From Candidatus Woesebacteria bacterium (GTDB lineage: Bacteria; Patescibacteriota; Microgenomatia; UBA8517; UBA10165): a stretch of 48,254 nt of DNA. A program made the translations under genes and the position numbers. The DNA lies in assembly GCA_002686465.1 (NCBI GenBank), contig NZCP01000012.1, positions 1-48,254 on the forward strand, in the 5' to 3' direction. The notes beneath the pieces were generated by a model, which was given only the letters and a program-made list of their open reading frames with translations, was not told where the DNA came from and ran no database searches. Below, piece by piece: positions 31,240-38,380 of the stretch. The first letter of the stretch is position 1. Each line of letters begins with the position of its first letter.

Positions 31240-33126
31240 ATGGATGATAATAAAAACCCTGGGTTAAATCCAGTAGCCCCTCAGCAAGATCCGCCGCAAG
31301 GAAATCCGGACCAGCCAAGTGTTGACCAACCGTCAAGTCCGACTCCTCCTCCCTCAGTTGGTATCGATGTTCCTCCGCCACCTCCTCCTGCAGAATCAGG
31401 CGGCCAACCTCCGTCTCCAGCATCGCCTCCTCCCTCACCACCTAGTTCTGACTCGCCACCCCCGGAGTCTGCACCAAATGTTGACCCAGCAAGTGTTCCC
31501 TCGGATGCACCTGGAGATAGTCCTCCAAACGATTCGGGAGACTCCGGAAATTCCGGGCTACCGCCAGTCATTCCATCTCAGCCTAAAAAGCCAAAGGGTA
31601 AAATCATAGCCGCGATCGCTGCTCTTGTGTTACTTGTCGTCTCAATCCCAGCAGGGATCTTCTTAGTCCAGCAAAGCCAAGAACTGCGCGAAAAAGCAGC
31701 AGGACCAGACTGGCAATGTACTACCACCGGTGATAAGTACGCCACTGAAACAGATTGTAGGACAGTCTGTCCTTCTGCTGGAGCCTGTTTATTTATTGGA
31801 GATACACAACCCCCTGGGTCCTCTAATTGTGAATGCATGAACGGTGCATGGCGCACGCCGCTTGGCGCGAGTCTTGTTTGTGAAAGAGATGGACAGGCGT
31901 GTTCCACAGGGACAACCCCACCAGATGGACAAGTAGATGAATGTCCAACCCCAGGGGCATCTTGCGGAACATGTGACGCAATCGACAGCTGTAGTGATGG
32001 TTCCGCTTGCTCATCGGGTCATAGATATTGTGAGTCGCAGGCAACTGGTAATGTATGTGGTTCTTGTGTTAAAGAAGTAGATAATTGCTCTACGCAATGT
32101 TCGACAGGTGGCACCCCACCTGATGGTATTTCTTCGGAATCAGACGGACAAGGAGGGTGTTGTGATGCTGGCGCTGCTGCGAACAGCAGCCAAGGCTGTC
32201 GCACTACAGGAGGATTCAACGAGGTCTGTGATATCTCAAATGGTGCTTGTCAAAGCGGTCTTTCTTGCCGAAGTCTATCTGGATGTGGACAAGACAGTGA
32301 CTGTGGACCAGGAAACAAGTGTATCAATCAACAATGTCAGGGAACTGGTGGGCCAGCTCCCACTTCAACACCACCTACCCGAAGTGTATCCCCAACGGCT
32401 ACGATTTCTGGGCCGTCAGGAGGGTTTGTTGGAAACGATCTCATCTATACCGCCATTGCCAGAGGACAAAATCTACAATGGAGCAGAATATATTGGGCTA
32501 AAACAACAGATGACATAACAGATGGAAGTGTGTGGACAGAAATTGCAGAAAACCACGTAAACAGAACAGACGGTAAAGTCTGCGAAAGCAAAACACAGTG
32601 TACAACAACAGGTATATTTAAACCCACTGCGAATGGCAGTTATTACCTGGCTGCTAGCGCGTCTGATGCCGACGGGGGTCCTTGCAGTGGAAACCCAAGA
32701 TACGATTCTGCTCCTGGTTGGGCAGATTGTGGTGGGACCAATGACGTCATAACAGTCAACGTTGTCTCAGACCTTGCAACCGCCGCAAACTGCACAGAGC
32801 TTCAGGTATTGGATAGCAACGGAGGAGTTGTCCAAGACCTTTCGCAAATTTCTATTGGCGATACCGTAACATTCCAAACATTTTGTTTCTCTACTGACGC
32901 AAGTGATGACCTTGATAAAATAAGATTTCGAGTGATCGGACCTTCGAGATCTGCGTCTGATTCCGACAAGGCGGTCACCAGGGCCCCAGAAAAGGAAGAC
33001 AGTACAGCAGCAGCAATTAGCTATCGTTTCTTTAAAGCCTCCCATGATATGACGATTACTGAATCAGGCGCCTATAAAGTTCAAACGTGGGGACATGCAC
33101 CCAAGAGAGGTTGGATAGGAAAATGA
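31240..33126 (+). CDS. Type II membrane protein: ~125-aa Pro-rich N-terminal tail, TM segment, 28-Cys module, two beta-rich domains
   Basis: 628-aa ORF. The TM segment is IIAAIAALVLLVVSIPAGIFLV. The Cys-rich segment is encoded at 31717-32337. The next domain is a paralogue of one in the following gene. Confidence 0.75.
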   Translation: MDDNKNPGLNPVAPQQDPPQGNPDQPSVDQPSSPTPPPSVGIDVPPPPPPAESGGQPPSPASPPPSPPSSDSPPPESAPNVDPASVPSDAPGDSPPNDSGDSGNSGLPPVIPSQPKKPKGKIIAAIAALVLLVVSIPAGIFLVQQSQELREKAAGPDWQCTTTGDKYATETDCRTVCPSAGACLFIGDTQPPGSSNCECMNGAWRTPLGASLVCERDGQACSTGTTPPDGQVDECPTPGASCGTCDAIDSCSDGSACSSGHRYCESQATGNVCGSCVKEVDNCSTQCSTGGTPPDGISSESDGQGGCCDAGAAANSSQGCRTTGGFNEVCDISNGACQSGLSCRSLSGCGQDSDCGPGNKCINQQCQGTGGPAPTSTPPTRSVSPTATISGPSGGFVGNDLIYTAIARGQNLQWSRIYWAKTTDDITDGSVWTEIAENHVNRTDGKVCESKTQCTTTGIFKPTANGSYYLAASASDADGGPCSGNPRYDSAPGWADCGGTNDVITVNVVSDLATAANCTELQVLDSNGGVVQDLSQISIGDTVTFQTFCFSTDASDDLDKIRFRVIGPSRSASDSDKAVTRAPEKEDSTAAAISYRFFKASHDMTITESGAYKVQTWGHAPKRGWIGK

Positions 33127-34322
33127 CAATGAAGAAAAAAATCATAACAGGGATCGTCCTTGTTTCAACTCTAGTTTTGGGAACCATAGCTGTTATCACT
33201 GCACTAAAGCTACGTGAGGTAGAGACGCCAACTGCGCCGAGCTCTAGGCCAGCAGCAGACACGCTACCAACACCCTTGGAGATTGGCTTCACTGTCGACC
33301 CAGACGGATCTCTGTCCGCAGAAGTAAGAGGGCCAACCGAGGCAGAAATTGGACAATCGCGAACCTATACAGCAACAGCCAGCGGATTGGCAATTGAATT
33401 CGTACAAATCTTCTGGGCCGAGTCGGATGACGATTTAGCAGACACAAACTCTTGGACGCTAATGGGAGAAAATACTAGTTGTGGCAGTAGTGCTTGTGCC
33501 ACAACCGGCCAGTTTGAGGCAACAAAAGCAGGGACTTATACTATTGTCGTTAACGCAAAAGATTCGACACCTGGTGCAATATGTAGTGGAAATCCCGCCA
33601 ATATCCCTGGGTGGGCAGCATGCGGATCAGACGACGAAATAACCCTTGTGGTCTCCGAGACAACAGCAGAGTCTTGTGTTAACAACTTTACCCTGACAAA
33701 AACTGCTAGCCCTAAATCTGTTGATCCAGGAGGGGAAGTCACCTATACAATGACTATAGAGAGGACCTCAACCACTCCAAGTTCTGTGACTCTTGCAAGT
33801 ATCCAGGACCTGATGATTGGTTCCTATGTAAAGGGATCAGTTGTGGGAATTGGTGAACCCAAGATCGTATCTGAAAAGCCTGGCGATCCTAACTTTAGTA
33901 CCGACTTAGTTTGGGACGAAGACAGAAGCTTCGATCCAGAAGAAAAGATGACATTCAGCATCAAGGCTCACTTGCCAACAAAAGTCAATATCGGAGGCGA
34001 TAATACCAATAGCTTTTATGTGGTCCAAGCTGACCCTAGGTCTGGATGTTCCGTGCTTGAAGAAGTCAGTATCAATACACCCGATGACGACACGGAAGAA
34101 ACTGAGACAGAAGAGACTGAGACAACCACTTCGGAAACCGAAAAAGAAACAAGCTCAGACTCTTCGTCCGGGGCAAAAGGAGGAACAACACCTACTGCCT
34201 CACCATCCCCTTTACCTGCTGCTCAAGCTGAATTGCCAGAAGCGGGTATTAATATCCCAAGTGTAGTTGGGGCTCTTGGAGGACTACTTCTTCTCTTCCT
34301 AGGATTTGCACTTATCCTCTAA
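33123..34322 (+). CDS. Surface protein: signal-anchor, shared CSGNP/GWA-CG domain, DUF11-like repeat domain, acidic T/E linker, LPEAG sorting signal
   Basis: ATG 33123 overlaps the upstream stop (ATGA), with AGGA upstream. The DUF11 signature is LTKTASPKSVDPGGEVTYTMTI. The C-terminus is ELPEAG-INIPSVVGALGGLLLLFLGFALIL. Confidence 0.75.
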   Translation: MTMKKKIITGIVLVSTLVLGTIAVITALKLREVETPTAPSSRPAADTLPTPLEIGFTVDPDGSLSAEVRGPTEAEIGQSRTYTATASGLAIEFVQIFWAESDDDLADTNSWTLMGENTSCGSSACATTGQFEATKAGTYTIVVNAKDSTPGAICSGNPANIPGWAACGSDDEITLVVSETTAESCVNNFTLTKTASPKSVDPGGEVTYTMTIERTSTTPSSVTLASIQDLMIGSYVKGSVVGIGEPKIVSEKPGDPNFSTDLVWDEDRSFDPEEKMTFSIKAHLPTKVNIGGDNTNSFYVVQADPRSGCSVLEEVSINTPDDDTEETETEETETTTSETEKETSSDSSSGAKGGTTPTASPSPLPAAQAELPEAGINIPSVVGALGGLLLLFLGFALIL

Positions 34323-35557
34323 AGTCCATTGATCAACAAAGGGGTCCACCAGTCGGGTACGGGAATGCCTGTCCACACGGGATAGTGGATAATAAACGAC
34401 AAAATTACCAAAACCAAATAACTACTAACGAATATTCTCCCCCTCACTGACCCTTCCTTCCATAGCCTTTCTAATAACCAAGCAAGAAGTAAGATTAAAA
34501 AAGGAATCGCCGGTAGATAATGGTAGAAAAACATTATCCTGGGCGAGGCCACCCAAGGAAGAAACATGATTAAATAACCGGCAAGCAAGAAAAGAGTTAG
34601 TCTGTCCCTTCTCTTGACAAAGTAGGCAAGCCCGGCAAGAAAAGCTGCTAATCCGCCCCAAAGGATAATTGGGTTCCCCATTAGATAAATATTTGAAACC
34701 TTCTCCCCTATATCTTCAGTAAACGCAAAAATCGGTCGCCTGCCCAAAGGCCACTCTAAAGCCTGTGAAGAGTAAGGGTGTGTTGCCTCAAGATTAGTTT
34801 GATACCACCAGGTTTGTTGATGCAGTTCTACAAACTGGTTGACAGTATGTCCTTGCAAGAAAAATTGTGTATAGGAAGCAAAATAAACAAAGATGGGAAT
34901 TACAAAAAAAGACAGAATTCCAAGTACAACCTTTTTAGGTTTTAAGTTGCCTCGAAGTTCCTCCGCAGACCATAGGAGTGTCAATCCTCCTAGCGCAAAA
35001 ATGCCTGACCATTTTGTGGCAATTGCCAATCCCAAAATAATGCCCGTCTGCCAAATCGGTCGCTTTGAAAGGTAAAAGTAAAAAGCAAGAATAACCCAAG
35101 CCGTCAAAAAAATATCATTCATGGTAATGCGAGACATTGTGAGAGAAAGACCACTAAGACCCCAGAGAGATAATGCTACAAGACCAATGAAACGAGATCT
35201 CATGACATTTTTCCCAAAAAGGTAAAGCAAAATACCAATTCCTAAGCCTGCCAAAACTCCAGGAAAGCGCCAGAAAAACGGCGTATCCCCAAATATTTTT
35301 ATTGATCCTGCTTGTATCAACTTCCCAATGGGCGGATGAAGCCACTCATAAGCAAATCCTTCGGGCGCATTATTCCACCACTCATACCCCTTCGGGTCCC
35401 CCTCTGCATAAACCTGGGCAGTAAATGCATGGTAGACCTCATCAAAATAGTATGTGTCTGGGAAACCAAGCCTCAAGAGGCGGGAGACAATTATAAAGGT
35501 AAGTATTACTATTAAAAGTGTTGAGTGCTTTGAAAAAAGGCTCTTTAGAAATTTCAT
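34319..35557 (-). CDS. GT39-family (PMT-like) phospholipid-carrier-dependent protein mannosyltransferase
   Basis: First-loop motif YYFDEVYHAFTAQ (the DE motif), then a polytopic TM profile. Length is 412 aa. Confidence 0.75.
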   Translation of the reverse strand: MKFLKSLFSKHSTLLIVILTFIIVSRLLRLGFPDTYYFDEVYHAFTAQVYAEGDPKGYEWWNNAPEGFAYEWLHPPIGKLIQAGSIKIFGDTPFFWRFPGVLAGLGIGILLYLFGKNVMRSRFIGLVALSLWGLSGLSLTMSRITMNDIFLTAWVILAFYFYLSKRPIWQTGIILGLAIATKWSGIFALGGLTLLWSAEELRGNLKPKKVVLGILSFFVIPIFVYFASYTQFFLQGHTVNQFVELHQQTWWYQTNLEATHPYSSQALEWPLGRRPIFAFTEDIGEKVSNIYLMGNPIILWGGLAAFLAGLAYFVKRRDRLTLFLLAGYLIMFLPWVASPRIMFFYHYLPAIPFLILLLAWLLERLWKEGSVRGRIFVSSYLVLVILSFIIHYPVWTGIPVPDWWTPLLINGL

Positions 35558-35559
35558 TT

Positions 35560-35568
35560 TGTTAGAAT
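35560..35568 (+). promoter_or_regulatory. Extended -10 (TGtTAGAAT) 6 nt upstream of ATG 35575
   Basis: tgttagaat-caaagt-ATG. It lies inside the 17-nt divergent intergenic gap. Confidence 0.5.
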
Positions 35569-35574
35569 CAAAGT

Positions 35575-37287
35575 ATGTTTTCTGTTAAAAGTGTGCTTTC
35601 TACCCTGAGGCGAAACAAAGGCATTGTCTTTTTTTCACTAACTATTATTTTTTGGTCAATTGTTTTCTTTCTGATCTGGTCTCGCATGTTAGTCTTAGAA
35701 AAGGACGGACTATACGCTGGTTGGGTAAACGTCTGGGGTGATTGGTCTTCGCATATCTCATACACCACTTACCTTGCCACCCAAAACATTTTCCCCCCTC
35801 AGTTTCCAATTCTGTCCGGACACGTTCTATCTTACCCTTTTGGAGCCGACTTTGTGTCAGCTGTCTTACTAAGATTGGGAGTATCCCTTGTTCCAGCAAT
35901 GTTGATACCAAGTTTTCTTCTTTCTCTTGGGGTTGTTGTAACTCTTTTTCGTTTTTACAAACATCTCCTCGTCTTCCCACGAGCCGCAGCGTTAGGAGTG
36001 TTCCTTTTTCTCTTTAATGGAGGGCTCGGCTTTCTTTGGTTTTTAAGTGACCTCCACCTTGGCGGATGGGGAATAATATCTCGCCTACCTCGAGAATATA
36101 CGCACATCGAGCAACCAGCAAATATCGAGTGGCTCAACATCATCACTTCTGAGCTTGTTCCGCAAAGGGGGTTTTTGTTAGGTTTGCCAATTGCCCTTTT
36201 AATTCTCACTTTTCTTTGGCAAATATACCGAGGGTCTATAAAAACGCGCCTACTACACATTTTTGTAGCAGGTAGCGCAACAGGGCTTCTTACAATTATT
36301 CATATGCACTCATTCCTTGTAGTTTCAAGTGTTGCCTTGTGGACATTTTTTTTAATAACTCTCCGAGAGAAGAGTTTGAAAGTTGCTCTTTGGTATTTCA
36401 TACCACAGGCAGTATTGGCTGCAACGATCATCCAAGTCTTCTTCCCTCAACTTGGAGCCAGCTTCACCGCTTTTAATCCTGGGTGGCTGGCTGTGCAAAC
36501 CAGGGAAGGTCAACTTCTATTTGAGAATATGAATGGATTTGCCATTTTGGGTAACAGTATTATTTTTTGGATCAAAAATGCAGGAATTATGCTGTTCCTT
36601 CCTGTTGTATACGCAGTCTGGATTTTTCTGATGATGAAGAAAAAGTCTGATAGCCGACATTTATTAATTTGGTCTCTACCCCTTTTTGGGATATTCATAA
36701 TCGCCAATCTTTGGACATTCCAACCCTACACCTGGGACAACACAAAGTTTCTTACCTATTGGTGGGTTGCAGCGTCTGGCTTTGGAGCACTTTTACTTGA
36801 TCGGCTTCTGTCGGGAAATTTTGGTTTAAGGTTTGCAAGTATCATTCTTTTCTTTTTTGCAATTTTTGCAGGCGCACTAGACGTTCTTCAGATAACACAA
36901 TACGACCAACAAAAACTACGTATGCTATCGCAAGAAGACCTAGAACTCGCCGCGTGGGTTAAAAAGCAAACACCAAAGGACAGCATCTTCCTAACAGCAG
37001 ACAATCACGACAATCCTATTGCAATGCTCACTGGGCGCAGTGTTGTACTTGGTTTTCAAGGATGGCTTTGGACCTTTGGTATCGATACCGGAAAAAGACA
37101 AGCACAAGTAGAAAGTATATATGCCGGCCGGGATGCAAACACTTTACTCTCCATCCTCGACGTAAACTATGTAGTTATAGGAAGTAAAGAAAGGATACGC
37201 TATTCTGACTTAAATGAGGAGTTTTTTGAAACAGGTTATCCTATGGTGTATCAACTTGGAGAAACCAGGATTTTTACTGTCCCTTAA
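35575..37287 (+). CDS. Polytopic membrane protein, probable GT-C-fold glycosyltransferase, with a C-terminal soluble domain
   Basis: 570-aa ORF with at least 10 hydrophobic segments. A first-loop acidic/aromatic motif is WGDWSSHISY. The last ~110 aa are hydrophilic. It is divergent from the GT39 gene. The function is inferred. Confidence 0.4.
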   Translation: MFSVKSVLSTLRRNKGIVFFSLTIIFWSIVFFLIWSRMLVLEKDGLYAGWVNVWGDWSSHISYTTYLATQNIFPPQFPILSGHVLSYPFGADFVSAVLLRLGVSLVPAMLIPSFLLSLGVVVTLFRFYKHLLVFPRAAALGVFLFLFNGGLGFLWFLSDLHLGGWGIISRLPREYTHIEQPANIEWLNIITSELVPQRGFLLGLPIALLILTFLWQIYRGSIKTRLLHIFVAGSATGLLTIIHMHSFLVVSSVALWTFFLITLREKSLKVALWYFIPQAVLAATIIQVFFPQLGASFTAFNPGWLAVQTREGQLLFENMNGFAILGNSIIFWIKNAGIMLFLPVVYAVWIFLMMKKKSDSRHLLIWSLPLFGIFIIANLWTFQPYTWDNTKFLTYWWVAASGFGALLLDRLLSGNFGLRFASIILFFFAIFAGALDVLQITQYDQQKLRMLSQEDLELAAWVKKQTPKDSIFLTADNHDNPIAMLTGRSVVLGFQGWLWTFGIDTGKRQAQVESIYAGRDANTLLSILDVNYVVIGSKERIRYSDLNEEFFETGYPMVYQLGETRIFTVP

Positions 37288-38380
37288 TTTCCCTCGTAAA
37301 GTCCCCAGCTGGACACTCCTTGCCCAATAACAAACACTCAACCCACTCTCGGGTTGGCTCCCAATCTCCGTCGGTAGGTACTAATACCCACTGGTTATCA
37401 TGCTTGGCAGACAACGGAGGATTTATTAACAATCCTAGGCTCTCTACCCCGTCATTTAAAACCTCTGAGCGAATATTTCCACCTTGGGCACTTAATGCTA
37501 AATGCACAAAGGATGCAAAACTTGATTCAGGTATATCTGTTTCCACCGACCGTCCCATAATTTCAACAGACCGACTTACTCTTGTAGGTTCTAGAAAAAA
37601 CCAAGGGGAAAGCATTTTTTCCTTAACCGCCAATATGATCTTTTGTTGCCGCATGCTTCTGGCAAAGTCGGTTCCCTCATCTCCCTCAGCGTTCCTTGAA
37701 CGAGCAAATTTGAGTGCCCTACTACCATCTAAATGTTGTCTGCCCTCCTCAAAGGAAATTGATTCATATCGACAAAGTACTTCCGAATCACCTTCACAGT
37801 CTGCTACCTCGCGTCCAGGAATAGGATAGCGTTCATCTTTAAAACCTCTGTCGACGATTACATCAACGCCTCCCAAAAGATCAATCATCTCTATAAAACC
37901 ACTGAAAGAAACAACCACAACATAGTGAACCGGCTGGCCAACAATTTCGGAGGTAAAGTCCCGCGCCCATTCCATCCCCACACCATCCGCCCTGTTTCCA
38001 TAATAATAAGCGCTATTAATTTTAGCGCGCATTTGGGGAATCCAAACATCTCGGGGAATAGAAAGGAGCAGAACCTGGTTGGTTTTGGCATCAATTGAAG
38101 CAAAGATAATAGTATCAGTTAAGCCTGATGGTTCATTTTTTGGACCACCAAGGCCTAACACTAGAACATTTGTCCTTCCATTATGGGAACGAAGATCGCT
38201 TGCTGTGCTGGTAAAAAAATTCTTGGCTATATTGAATGTTTGGGGGAGATAAGGTAAGATCGGGCGCAAAAAAAGCAAAAGGATTACTAAAAAAACCGTT
38301 AGGAAAATAATTGCCTTTTTGTGGATTTTGATATATTGCTTGATCAACAGCATATCTCTACTATGATACAATTTTCGCAT
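37274..38380 (-). CDS. LytR-CpsA-Psr (LCP) family cell-wall glycopolymer transferase
   Basis: TNVLVLGLGG...GLTDTIIFASIDAKTNQVLLLSIPRDVWIP and FARSRN...DFARSMRQQ. An alternative start is ATG 38353. Confidence 0.85.
   Translation of the reverse strand: MRKLYHSRDMLLIKQYIKIHKKAIIFLTVFLVILLLFLRPILPYLPQTFNIAKNFFTSTASDLRSHNGRTNVLVLGLGGPKNEPSGLTDTIIFASIDAKTNQVLLLSIPRDVWIPQMRAKINSAYYYGNRADGVGMEWARDFTSEIVGQPVHYVVVVSFSGFIEMIDLLGGVDVIVDRGFKDERYPIPGREVADCEGDSEVLCRYESISFEEGRQHLDGSRALKFARSRNAEGDEGTDFARSMRQQKIILAVKEKMLSPWFFLEPTRVSRSVEIMGRSVETDIPESSFASFVHLALSAQGGNIRSEVLNDGVESLGLLINPPLSAKHDNQWVLVPTDGDWEPTREWVECLLLGKECPAGDFTREIKGQ
38364..38372 (+). promoter_or_regulatory. Extended -10 (TGaTACAAT) 6 nt upstream of the uvrD/pcrA ATG
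   Basis: tgatacaat-tttcgc-ATG. It lies inside the 5' end of the divergent LCP ORF. Confidence 0.5.

Noticed and set aside
31281-31571. Gly-rich 96-aa minus-strand ORF and a 96-aa plus-strand alternative-frame ORF
   Set aside because: They are a mirror image and a frame-shadow of the Pro-rich (CCN-rich) N-terminal tract of the 628-aa protein.
32390-33660. The shared domain in adjacent genes as a diversity-generating retroelement template/variable repeat pair
   Set aside because: The similarity is at the diverged protein level, not near-identical DNA with adenine-specific differences. No reverse transcriptase gene is in the window.
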